NCBI RefSeq assembly: GCF_009834535.1
Contig: NC_045696.1
Coordinates: 47,184,001-47,248,000 of the forward strand
Reading direction: 5' to 3'
DNA from: Camelus ferus
Taxonomy: Eukaryota
DNA: 64,000 nt
Shown here one piece after another: positions 40,001-53,700 of this stretch. The notes beneath the pieces are model-generated. The model was not told the DNA's origin and did no database searches. It worked only from the letters and a program-made list of their open reading frames with translations. Within the stretch, counting starts at the first letter, position 1. Every line of letters begins with the position of its first letter. The translations under genes and the position numbers were made by a program.

Positions 40001-43000
40001 ATTCGTACAATATTTCTAGCGGTTAATTTAGAATGTGTATCAATAGACTATAAAAAATTCATAATCCTTACCTAGTAATTTCACTTTTAGGAATCTAGCA
40101 CAAGTGAATCTGATCTACCATAAAAGTATTCGCCTACAAAGATATTCATGACAGTAGGGAAAAAATCCCACGACCTTTAGTCTAACAATAGGAGAATGGC
40201 TAAGCAAACTTAGAACAGACGTCTGATCAAATATTAAGTGTCCATTTAAATGAGTATGAAGAGTTTGTAATAACACTGAAAATGCTTAAGATCAATCAAA
40301 AAAGCAAACGATATGTCTAATAGCATATTCAGTATGATTATAATCTTTAATTTAAAAAAATAAACCCACCAAAACAACTATACAATAGCAACCCCAAGGA
40401 GAAAAAAAAAACATAAAGACCATAAAGTTATACTCCAAATAAAAACAGTGGCTGTCATTGAGCTGAAGCATCTTCTTACTCTTCCATATGTTCTGAAATT
40501 ATGATACTGACAATGTACGTTTTTACATTAAATAAGTAAACTGGACAGAAGCAGTCCTGGAGGGGCTCCTTGTATTCTCACCCCTAGGGGAAGGAAGTTC
40601 ACTTGTCCAGAACCCTTTGAAAGACAAAAGATCTAAGATGCTTTCTTTCATTGCTCATTGTCTTTACTAGACTTTGCTCTGATAAGTAACAAGCCTTACA
40701 TCTGTGACCAGCAATTCTTCAGCATCATCCAAGCTCTCCACAGCGATGACTCCATGAGAGCAAAAGTGAAAGTCAGAGGGATTTTCAGACACCAGGAGCA
40801 TATCTGCAGTGGGAAAACTGTCAGTTAAACAGCTTAAAGAAATCCACGAGGCTTTAGAAAGTAATTGACCAATATTCACAGTTTACTCTTACAGCTTACA
40901 GCATACTTGTAAACAAGCCAAGATAAAATCCATATTCTACACCTAAACCTCTGCAATCAATTTTTGCCCTCTATTAACTTGTCAGTCATGTGTTAATGCC
41001 TTCTGAGAGGAGACCAGGCAGGCCAAATCTGAAAGCAGATTCAATTGCAGTATCCTGAACTGGTGTGAAAAAAGAAAAAAAAATAAAATAAAAACCAGAT
41101 AATGCATGTTGGCAAAACTTTGAAAACAGGAATTTGGCCTAGATGCGTGGTTGATAGCTGGAGGAGAAAAAATGGTTTGTAAAATTATAACAGGCCTAAG
41201 CTTCAAAGGCTAGAAAGTAGGCAGACCCTGGGGTCAGCACCTCGGGAACATTAGCAGTATAATCCTGTCACATCATGTCCTGCCTATTAGGAGGCTAAGT
41301 CTGTCTTTCAAGAGATCCGTAAATCAGCTACTGTGTTCAACGCTGCACCTCTGATATGTCTAAGACTCCTGACATGATTCACTTAGTCAGGAAACATAAT
41401 GCAGGCTGAAGCCAAGGCAGGCTGTCAGAGGCACAACAGCAATTGACTTGGCCAAATCACATTAACCTCTTAAAGCCTGACACTCACTCCCAGTGAAGTT
41501 TTTTTGAGCTGATCCGAGTTTCCTGTTTATTACTCAACGTTGTGATGCTCTATTATCCTGAACCCCAAATCTCAAAAACAAAAAAGCTGGGCTACATGAA
41601 TATTCACAGCAGCTCTATATGGAAACCATCCAAATGTCTATCAATAGTTAACAAACTGTATTGTATCCATACAGTGGATTATTATTACTCAGCAAACAAA
41701 GGAATGAACTATGAATACTGTGAATGAACACAAAAGGATCTCAGAATAATCATGCCGCATGAAATAAGCCAGACAAAAGAATATATACTGTATGATTCCA
41801 TCTTACAAAATTCTAGAAATGCAATCTAATCTGTAGTGACAGAGAGCACATCAGTGGTTGCCTAAGGACTGGGTCAAAAGAGGAGGGGTTGAGGGAATGA
41901 GAAAGGGCAGGAGGGAGGAATTATAAGAGGTCACGAGAAGACTTTTGAATGGATTCATACATTATCTTGACTGTGGTGATGGGTTTACTTCATGGATACA
42001 TATGTCATCGCTTATACTTATGTTGATAATATTTCAATAAGCTATTTTATAAAAGTAATTGAGCTAGCCCAAAAGAAATCAGGCTGAATGCAAGTACAAT
42101 ATATATTTTTAAGTAGAAATATAATCCATAATAATTTTCTAAAGTATTTACTTGAATGGTGATTCAAATGTTCCTTAAATGTTAAGATTTCTCAGGAATC
42201 TCCTTATATTCTTCCTCATGTCTCAATTTATATCAACAAATATTTGTGGATCAAATAATGTGTCAGGCATTATTGTAAGTTTCAGGGATAGATCAGTGAA
42301 AAAAAAATCCTGCTCCTGTCTTCATAAAGCTAATATCCCAACAAGAGGAGACAAAAGTTAAAAAAAAAATGAGTAAAATATATGGCATGTAAGATGGTCA
42401 TAAGTGCTATGGAGAAAAATACAAGCAGGGAAAGGGAATACAAAGTACTGGAGATGGAAAGTTGAAGTTTTTAGTAGGGTGATCAGGGAAGGCCTCTATA
42501 AGGTGACATTTGAGTAAGACCTGAAATAGTTGAGGGACAGAATTATGGATAAGAAGGGGAAGAATATTCCAGAAAGAAAAAGTCAATGCAAAGGCCCTGA
42601 AGTGAGAGCCTGCCTGGGATTTTGAGTGGTTCAGGTAGGTCAAAGAAGAAGTGGGTCATGAGGTCAGAGAGGCATCCAGAAGCCAGATGACAGAGTCTCA
42701 CAGGCCATGGTGAGGATGTGGGCATTTATGTACTATGTGAGATAAGAAGCCATTATAGGTCTTTGAACAGAGGAGTGACATCATCTGACTTTTTTTTAAT
42801 TTACTATGGCTGCTGGAGTAAAGACAGAGGGACAGTGATGGGAGCAGGGATACCAGGAAAGTGCTGAATAATTCAGGAGAGAGATGGTGGTACTTGACTG
42901 GGGAAGTAACAACAGACATGGTGAGAACTGGCCAGAGTTTGAATTTTGAAAGTAAAGTCAATAGGATTTGCTGGTGGAACAAATGAGAATAAGGTGGGAG

Positions 43001-46000
43001 AAAAGGCTGATCAAGGATAACTCCAAGGTTTGGGCCCAGGCAAGTGGAAGGATGGAGCTGCCTTCAGCTGACCTGGGAAACACTGTGGTAGGAGCAGGTC
43101 TGGCAGGGTGAAGTCCAGGAACTAGGTTTTAGGAAATGAAGTTTGAGATGCCGATTAAACATCCAAGGGGAGACACAGAAGAATCAGTTAGCTAGGAGTC
43201 TGGAATACTAAAGAAAAGTCTAGACAAATGATCAAACTTTGGAAGTCATCAGATAGAAATATCTTTAAAGCTGTCAGTCTAGATGATCTGTCATAAGACA
43301 GATCCAAAGACTCAGCCCCAGGGCATTCTAAAGTCATGGGCTAGATGAAAGAAAGAAACCTGCAAAGCACTGCCCAGAGATTTAGGAGAGAAACAAGAGA
43401 GGGTGGCACACTAGAAGCCACGAGGGGAGATTTTCAAAGAAGAGGGAATAATCAGGGGTATCAAATACTGTCCTGACTGCACACTGTCAAATATCTCTAT
43501 AGATTCTTTGGCAAGTTTCATTCATGTCTTTACTGAAAACTCTCAAATCTGTATTTATTTTCAGAGCTCCACACGTAAATGTCCAACTTCCCAACACACA
43601 TTTCAGTGTGGATGACCACAAGTAGCTCAAACCCAACATCACCACAGTTAAATCTATGATGTTTTCCATGTCTGCCCTGAAGCTGTTCCTCTTCTGTGGT
43701 TCCTTATGCCAGTGAATGTCACCACCACCCCAGGCCAGACACCTGCTGCAACGTCTTGCCTGTTCACCTCCTTCACAGCTCAAATCAAAGCATTTATTTA
43801 CTCTTTTTTCTCTACCGTAAGTAAGAGGGAAGAGGGAGAGATGCAAAACTAAAATGGTCCTTTCTCTCAAGGAAGCTAGAGGAATAACACCCCCAACAGT
43901 GCGAAAAATGCTCCTGTGTGTCTTTAGGGAGGGGCTATGTATCAGTTGACTGACTCATTTAAAAATAAATCTGCTTCCCAAGATTGCTTTGCCAAGAATT
44001 ATCTTTTAGATTATACTAAATCAACCTTTTAGAGAATTTTCATTTTACTGTCATGTTTCCTTTGTCATTTTTGATCATTTTCATCCTGGTCATGACGGTC
44101 AAATATGCCATATTTGACATTATTTTCTCTATGTTAATATAGGGAAATAGTTGACTAGAAAGGCTCACTACTTGCCCAGAATCACATTAATGACACATTG
44201 AATTTAGCGCATCGCTTCTAAGACTTCTGTTAGACTCTGCCACCTACCCACCCAGCCTGTGTTTATAACTATGACGGAATTCCATTTCCTTCTTTGGCAT
44301 GGACAGAAGGAGGGTCTTGCTTCCACGTAAGCAGGCTCGACACTGGACAAGCGCTGAGGGAGACTGAGCAAAGGGCAAGAACACCCCATGCCTGAGGACT
44401 AGAGGACTGGGAAGAAGAGAGAGGAATCAAGATTCAGGAGGGAGCTAGTATTAAGGCAGAACGGCGGGCCCAAATGCTTTGTGTGTATTTCTCCCTCATC
44501 ACCTCCCCGCTCCAGGCACATCATTTCTAGAAGTCACTAAGCACACCCAGTAAACCTCCTTATGAGGGGGAACACGGCTGCTGCGCCAGCATAACCACTC
44601 ACTGGAACAGCTGCACTCAGAATGATGTGCTGCTCTAGAGAATGTAGAGGCTAAAAGCATGAGGGTTTGAGGAGCTCTGAGAAGCCCTGAGCTCAAAACA
44701 TCTTCCCCACTGGGCCTTACCAAAACTTGTTTTCAAGGAGCAATGAATTTTAATTGGGTTGAGGCTTGAGGCTATCTCAGAGGAGTATCACATAAACAGG
44801 GATTCCTTTATTTAATTAATTTCATTTCTACCAAGAGAAATGGCCTTGAGAGAATGAAAAAAAAAAAGTGAATGCATTTATTATGAGATACTATTAGGGC
44901 CAGAGAGACTGTCTAGGCAGGTAAGGCCCACACAGAAGATTGTTGACCAGGCTGTGGGCACATGGAGGGCAGGGGAGCTTGTCTGGAGGAGTGAGGTGGG
45001 TAGCAGAGAGAGAAAGAATGAGAGGATGCTAAAGGGCTAAAAGTCAACTGCTTCACAATTTCAAAAACTACAGATGAAAACTTTGTACGGGTTCATTGTT
45101 AGACCCACCCTCTGGTAGAGGATGCAGAGAACCCATTAAGAGTATTTTATCATTCAAAATTTTGTCTTACGTGTTATCCTGACATTAAATTTTGCTTTCT
45201 AAATGGCTGAATGTTCTCCAAGACTCAACTGTATTTACTATGTAAAAGAGCAAAGCTGACATCGGGCCAAAAAAAAGTTCAGGCTCGCAAAGTTCTATAG
45301 CGAGTACCTCTATGCCACACCACCCATCGTTACCTGTTTCTCAGTACTGCCATGTACAGCTGAAGAGGTTGTGCACTGCTCAACTGCAGAGAGAATCATT
45401 CACATAGTCTACAGTTTGAATAGCATTCTCTGGTGTTGGGAAGTGCACCATCTCCACAACCATACACATATCTTGTGCCCTCTAACAACCAGTGGGGAGA
45501 AAGGGAGTAAAGATAGGAGACCAGTTCAAGAGAGATGGGTAAAGGGGCACAACTGAATATTCTCCAGAATGGGAGGTCCAGGTGCCGACCATTTCTCCCT
45601 CCAGGGCATTCAGGCCACCAGTAGACAGACTCAGGAGCATCTCTTGGCAATCACCACTGTGTATCACCATCACACACTTTATGGAGTGAGTGCTTAGGGC
45701 ACTAGGCAAAGGGTCAAGGATTCCAAGAGGCAAGAACTGGTTTCCTTACCTCTCTTCCTTGAGTTTAGAGACCGCTTGAATAGCAAGAATGAGTACAATA
45801 AATAAATAGAAAAAAAGTCAAAGAAATGAAGAGAAAAAGGAAAATACATGCCAGACCAAGCTATACAGATGGTGCTGAGATCTGAAGAGTTTCTAGGAGC
45901 CATCTCTGAGGGAATGGAGAAAGTGGGTTCTAGCTGTGCCTGGAACAAGAGTCAGCCTGAACTGAAAGGAAAGGGGAGAGAGGATGCTCAGGCCATGTAG

Positions 46001-47732
46001 AGGCTCGACTGGGACTGGCTCTGGGGTAACACATCACTCCATTTCCTTGGCTCCTTCAGCAGGTGGCCAGCCTCTGCGGTAATTTTCCACACACAAATGC
46101 TCCAATTTTAGGAAACTTGGACATAATCCACATATTGCAAAGATGTGCCCTCTTGAGTCTCTGCTCAGGACACTTGAAACTCTTCGTTGTCAGCCATAAG
46201 TAGAAAGAGTTCAAACATTTACAACGTCCCAGAGAATGATAATTGGTGTCATAAACAAGTGGACTGACAATACCCAACTTGGACCACCAGATGTCAGTCT
46301 TTGTACAGTAATCAAGCTCAGCAGCCCAGAGACTCAACCAAGTTCATGAACTCCTGATAAGTATGAATTTTCCATAGCAGCCCAGAGTCTTCAGATGGTT
46401 CTACTAATAAACAGAGATGCTCCAAAACATCTTGCATTCACTGCTGGTACCCACACGGGACCCTATGTGTGTCAAGAATGTTAGATTTGTCAGGACAAAT
46501 GAAAGGGAAACAAAAACAATCTGTACCAGGTTTAGGTGGAGGGAAGGTGGGAAGGAGAATAGCAGTTCTTCTATCATCAGCTGCACCCTGGCAAAAATAA
46601 TTGTCTAGTTTGCAGAGCTTCCTCCATTTGGTGAGGGCACTTGGGAATTGAGGACCATGTAGTCAAAATGCTGCGGGATTTATTCCATACTTAATCTAAG
46701 CATAACGGGCTGGGGGATTGTTCCCCATCAATTTGTTCACCTGGATCTCAGATATCATCCCATATTCACTCCTGTGGAAGCGCTATTACCCTCAATGGCT
46801 TAATTTACATGCAAATCCAATCAGCTTGTCAATCTCCCCTTCCAGTGACCTTCCATAGCACTCAAGATGTAAACTCTTTGCCATAGCCTGCAAGGTGCTG
46901 CTTGGCCTGGCCCTGCCTACCTCTCCCTGCATTACCTCCTCCACTCTGCCACAATGGCCATTGTGCTATTCCAAGAATAAACTAAATGCATTCCTACCTC
47001 AGGGCCTTTGCACTGACTGTTTCTTCCTCCAAGAACTTTCTTCCTGGAAATCTTTGCCTACTTGTTCCCTTATTCATTCAGCTTTCTGGAAAATATTGCC
47101 ATCTCATTTTCTTTTCTGCCCTTGTATCTAAGATATAACTTACCCACTACCCTATCAATCCCCATTTCACCCCGTCCCTTTACCCACTTTATTTTTCTCT
47201 GTAGACCTACAGTCTCTGAAATGTATATTTCTTTGTTTACTTGTTTGTTACTGTCTTCCATACTAGAATGTAAGCTCATGAGGCAGGAACCTGCCTGTCT
47301 TATTTCCTTCTCTACTCCTTGTTCTTAAAAAGCAGAGCCAGGCACACACAGAGCAGCCCCACAATCAATATTTGTTGAATGAATACATGAAATTCATCCT
47401 CTAACCCTACAAGTTGCTTTTCTATTTCTGTCCATGGGACTACTTTTATCCTAGTCAAATTACCAAATTTGGGGGGATTTTTGACTCACCAGTCTTCCTC
47501 ATTTCTACAATTAATCATTGCCAAGACCTTCTATTCTTCCGTGAATCCATCCTCTTTTCTCCCCCATTCCCACAAACACTGCCCTGGACAATTGTCTTGT
47601 CATCTCATACTGGGACTCCTACAATCACTTCCCTCGGTGTTTCTGCCTTCAGTCCATCCTGCCCACCATACCAGCTCAAGTGTTACTGCTCTCAACAAAT
47701 CGTGATCTACTATGACCCCATCCCACCCCGAC

Positions 47733-47770
<38 letters not shown>

Positions 47771-50700
47771 CCCAACTCTCTGAGTTCAGAAACCATCAGA
47801 ACCAAATCTCACTACTCCTCTATGCAAATCCTTTCCTCCAGTTAGCCTGGTCTCTCTGTTCCCTAATCTTGTCCTGCCTTTTCCTGATATTGTATGCACT
47901 TCTCTTCCTGAGGGAAATACCCTCCATTCTGGTTAAATCTCCTTCACATTCTTCATACCCTAACCTAAATCCTCCCTTCTTTGCAAAACTCTCATTGACT
48001 GCTACACACATAGTGATGTATCCCACCTGCGGCCTCTTGTCTATACCACCGACTTAAAGGATTAGTGGTTCTAACCATTTAAGGCCTTAAAATATCTAAT
48101 GCTTTTTAGACGCACACACATATATACACACACACATTTATTTACCTCTGCTGGTTGCCTGTCTACTTCCAAACACTACCAAGTTGTAAAAAAAAAAAAA
48201 GCTGTTACCATTTACTCTCTATCCATATAAATTTATAGAACATTGGCTCAATTTCTTACATTTTAGGATGAATATACTGAGTTCTAAAGAGGCTGTGAGA
48301 ATTATTAAATAGCACTTTTTCAGGTCCGATAATCTGACTTCTGCCTCTTGTTTTAGAAGGACCCCCAGCTCCAAAATAATACACTTACCATGAAGTTCTT
48401 TTTTTCCTGACAGAATTTGATAGAATATATGGTAGTTTCTCTCCCCTGGCTGCTGGAAAATCACCCGGGATTTTTCAAGCAAATCTGCATGATGAGATAT
48501 CAATAAAGATTCATACTTAGGTGATCTTGCAAAATTAGAAGAAAAGTAATCACAGTGAAATGCTACTCACAGATGTCAATGTCTGCAGATGACAGCTTGC
48601 CTCTGGCACAAAAGTGCATCCTGATGAATTTGCCCTGAGTGGACACAGAACAAACATTCCCAAGAGTTGCAATGGCTTCATTATACATGTTCCTCTTAAA
48701 GTGATTACTTCCCCTAAAGTTAAAAAATGCAACCTGGGTCTGAGAGGGCACCAGTGAATGCGAAGAAGCAGCCAGAGTGGTCATCAGGACCAGCAGTGGT
48801 CTGGAGTCTAGTCTCAGACCTGCTGATGCCCGGCTGTGTGTGCCGTGTGCATCACAGAATCTCTCTGGGCCTCAGTGTTATTTTTGTTGTTGTTGTTTAA
48901 GGGAACCCAAATCTTTTTTTATTAAAGTATAGTTGATTTACAATATTGTGTTAGTTTCAGGTATACAGCAAATTTATTCAGTTTTATATATGTGTGTGTT
49001 TCATATTCTCTTCCATTATTGGTTATTATAAGATACTGGAGATGGTTCCCTGTGCTATACAGTAAATCCTTGTTGCTTATCTATTTCATGTATAATAATT
49101 TGTATCTGTTAGTCTCATACTCCTAATTTATCCCTACCCTGCTCCCTTTCCCCTTTGCCAACCATAGGTTTATTTTCTATGTCTGTGAGTCTGTTTCTAT
49201 TTTGGGGCCTTTTATCCAAAAATGAGAAAAAGAGTATCTGCTTAGCATATTCTTTCACTTTTTTCCAACAAACATTTGTTGAGCATCTACTACAATCCAG
49301 AAAACCTGCTAGGCACTGGAGATAACACATTAGAAAGATAGGTGTGGTCCCCTCTTTTCTAGATTCTAGTGTAAGTAGTTAATGCAACAGCTCTAACATA
49401 GGAACATTTGGTGTGTCTTGAAATCAAAAGGAAAGCCAGTTGTGCAGGAGATTAGCAAGTAAGAGAAAAGAGAGTAGACAGGCATCATATTATGTAAGCC
49501 AGGTGGTCACAGGAGGTTTTGTTTTGTGTGCTCAGAAGACACTGGGCAGTTTTAAGCAGAGGAGTGGTGTGATCTGATTTATGTTTAAAACACCACTTTG
49601 GCATGAACAGATGGGGCTCCGTTTCTTCCTTATTAATGAAAAGCCATAAGACAGGATCTAGTGGGGCAGAAAGTCTGCCTGGAGGTGACAGAGCGCAGGT
49701 CAGAGCACCAGTTGCAGCCAAGGAGGCAGTCCAGTGGCAGCTAGAGTCTGCAGGATGAAGAGTCTGGTGCAGAGTGGAAAGCGGCCTCGTGGAGGTGGCC
49801 CCATTCAAGGAAGGAATCAGAGCAGGACAGCAGTCTGGAAAGGGAAGAAGAGGGCTACCTACAGGGGGACTGAGCTGTTAAGTTAAAGAATGCAGGATAA
49901 TGGGAGCCACACACACAAACATACACATGAATATAAACACACACATATATCTAAGCATGTATATACATGTAGCATGTGTACATTTACACACATAAACATA
50001 TACGTATACATACAGAGTATCAATTGAAAGAATTTAACGTGGATTTCTTGATTTTTTTGAACTCCCTTTTCTCTCTTCTCCTTTCTTTCATTCATCTTTT
50101 TAAACTTTGCTTCTCTACTTCTTTCTTTCCCTCTATCCTTACAACTTTTTTCCCATTCTTGTTTTTTTCAATTGTTGTCTTTCCTTATTTAGCTTTCTTT
50201 CCATTTCCTGTTCTTTTCTTTCTTCCTTCCCTTCTTTTCTTTCACTTTCTTTCCTTTCCTTTATCTTCCTTTGTTCCCTCCCTCTCTTCCTTCTATCCTT
50301 TTTCCCTGTCTTGGTTTTTTCTCCCCCAGCTTTCTTTCTTTCACATTTAAGCAGAAAATCTCTTCACATTCTAACAAATCCCAAATCTAGCCGTTGTTCC
50401 ATGGACCGGTATTAGCACCTGCTCCACAGCCAGACATCGCCAGCAGATGCAAGTGTCGTCAGGGCAGCTCTAAGGCTTTGGAGGAAAACCAGCCAAATCG
50501 GCAGGAAGCTATTATTTAATTATGCCTAGAGACTCAAACAGGAAGCCTTCTGCAAATTTCCTTGTAAATTATATGGTGGCTCCCTGCCACTCATTTTTGG
50601 CACAGGATGGATTAGTGAAGTTAGTTTGAAATCCAAATCCTTCTTCTACCGTGGGACTGCTAGTTAGCAAAAGCTACTTTAAAAAATGCTTTCTCCCAGT

Positions 50701-53700
50701 TTAAAAAAAAAATCCCCAATGAAAACTACATGGGGAAGGGGGGCCATAGGCAAGAGTAGAAATAATAATTGTAGTAAATGAATTAGGGAGTGTTTACTAA
50801 AATGACTTGTTACAAGGAGTACAGGAAATTATGAAGGAGAAAGTACTTTCACATTTGAGAATGTAATAAAATACAAAAACATTATTAGGCTTTGCTGGAT
50901 GAGCTTCCCTACTAGGAGTGGAAAGGAACTTGAAACTATTGTGGCAAAAATTTTCTTCCTGAAATTGACCAAACAGTAGAAGCTTCTCAGGCACATATTT
51001 TTATGTAGTTTTTAATTGTCTTAATGATAAAGCTGGCAAAATTCTTTTTGAGAATCTAACAATAATATAAACATTAATCAAAAATCTTCTTTGAATCTAA
51101 AAAAATGACACAAATGAGTTTCTTTACCAAACAGAAATAGACTCACAGACATAGAAAACAAATTTATGGTTATCAGGGGGACAAAGGGGTGGGGAAGGAA
51201 AAGCTGGGAGTTCGGGATTTGCAGATACTGAGTACTATATATAAAACAGATAAAAAGCAAGGTCCTACTGTATAGCACAGGGAACTATATTCAATACCTT
51301 GTAATGGCCTATAATGAAACAGAATATGAAAATGTATACATACATGCATAACTGAATCACTATGCTGTACACCAGAAATTAACACAACATTGTAAATCGA
51401 CTATACTTCAACAAGAAAACAAAACCTTTTTTGATGTTCTAGAAAATTTTTTTCAGACCTATGTGCTCAGACATGAGTTTTGCCATTTGCTAAAAATTAA
51501 AGACTCGGATATACTGCTCAATCATGTTACTTACAAAACGAGAGGAGTTGTCATTTCTCAGGGTTTTGGCATTTCCAAATGCTTCCAAGATAGGATTCAC
51601 TTGCTTGATTTGATCTTGTAGAGTCCCCTGAGATGCACATAAGAGAGGTATAGCTGATGAAGCTTCTAGCAGATTCTGTAATGCGGAAAGCCCTCCACAC
51701 CCAGGTCAAACCTCATTCTTGTCTTGGCAACCACTAGCCAAAAGCTACTTCCACATTTGGTGACAAAATGTTATTTTGGAATGGGGACTCAGAAAAAAAC
51801 ACGGATGAAAGACTGACAATCTGTGATGCCCGTGTAAGTATATGTGGGAGCTCATTTATTTGCAATGTTTCTCTTTTGTTGCAATTGTCCTGAGTAGGAA
51901 AGGAAAATTGATACTTACCAAAATAAACAAGAACAGCAAATACCATAGCCTATTTCCAAATTCCATACCATAAATTCCTCCTCATTGCTAATCTCCCTAG
52001 CTTCCCGTTCAATCCTCACACTTGGAAATTTATCCTAAGATAATAACAGCTGACACTTGACATTATTGAACTGTATTTTTGCTTGCTTTTATTCCTATGT
52101 AATCTAGAGGTTCATATCAAGCAGTGGCTTCAAATGGTGTATACCGGTCTTGAATTTGAATCATACGTGCTCAGGCTGATGGGCCAATGCAGGTAGGTCA
52201 TCTACACTAAGTGAGCCTTAATGACCACTTAGCACCCAAACTGGAACATGGCTTTGTTTTCTTTCAGTCAGCCTCAAAGACCCAAACTTTATGGGAGAAA
52301 TTTTATAATACATGGCATTCAAGAATTTATAAATTTACAAATAATATATTTATTCTAAGTATTATGGGCCTACTGTCCTTTAAATAAGTAAAAGGGCTAA
52401 TATGAGCAGACTTTCACAGAATTCTTATGTGTTATGTATTGTGTTATGCATTATCATAAGGCTCAATGGTTGGATCAATCAAATGCACACTGAACAACCT
52501 AAAATGTATACAAAAATGAAGTAATAACTAGTGAATAATAGAGTTCAATGATACTAAAGAAATCATTCAAACTCCAAAAAGTGGTCATTAGAAAAGAAAT
52601 TTTCTATGGTTTGAAAATTGGACCAGATTGCTATTTTGATATACTTCTTATGCTGCAAAAAACACAAAAACATCAAATAGAAGAAGCAAAAGAACAATGT
52701 CAGACGTAGAAAGATGAATGTCTCCAACAGCTCAATAACTTATTGATTTTGAGTTCTGCTCTGCATTATCTAATTTTACTTTGCATTCCAACTCTCATGG
52801 TCTAGTTATCCTCAGATTAGTACCATCACCCTGTTAACGGAGCTAAACAAAGTAAGCTAAAGCAAAAATTGCCGAGGATAAAAATAATTAAGTGGAGAGA
52901 CAAGATAAAGTTTTTCAGAACCTAGAATGTGATTAAAGTTGAGGGTACATCCATTGGGTGTTTGGAATTTGATGCAGAAGTTAGTGGTCTAGGAAGCAGC
53001 ATTCTGTTGGTGCATATCTGTGGGAATCTGACATCTCATGGTAGCTAAAGGGTTTAGAAATATCAAAGTGGCCACTAAAGGCATTGTGACCCCAGTTTTT
53101 GGGAGAAGATGGTTTAGATCTTAAGTGCCTAATTCTCAGAAGGTCCAACCAATGAAGATTAGGCTAGTAAATGCCCCTTGAGGCAGATCTGAAACAAATG
53201 ATGTAATTTCATGTTTGGGGGTTATTGGTCTGGTACACTTGATGACCCTCTCAAGGACCAAACGAAAAATGGGGGAAAAGATTTTCTATAACTTTTTAGT
53301 TGTTCTATGGTGCTGTCCCCGCTTCCTCCCCATAAGTGGTCAGGACAGGGCATCTATGATCAGCGGAAGGGCCATCTCACCTTTTCTGCCAAGATACATA
53401 AACACTTACTGGCTTTTCCCTGGATTCACCCGTAGTTGCTCTGGTGGCAAAATATTGGATAATATGTTTGGTGTTCACAGTCTTTCCAGCACCAGATTCT
53501 CCTCTATGATTGGAAATTCAATGACACAGTTAAGTGGTTCAGAATATAAATTCAATGAGAGATAAATAATTTTAATCATACAGGCTAAGGCAAGAAGGGA
53601 AAGTTTTATGGAAAAATGTGGGTTAAGAGGGAATTTGGAGGAGAAGCAGACATGTAATTGGTGGGGAGAAGGAGAAGGACATCTCAGGCTGGAAAAGCAG

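Noticed and set aside
49976..50415. 124-aa and 102-aa F/S/L-rich ORFs
   Set aside because: Artefacts of the CT-rich low-complexity tract, which lacks stop codons
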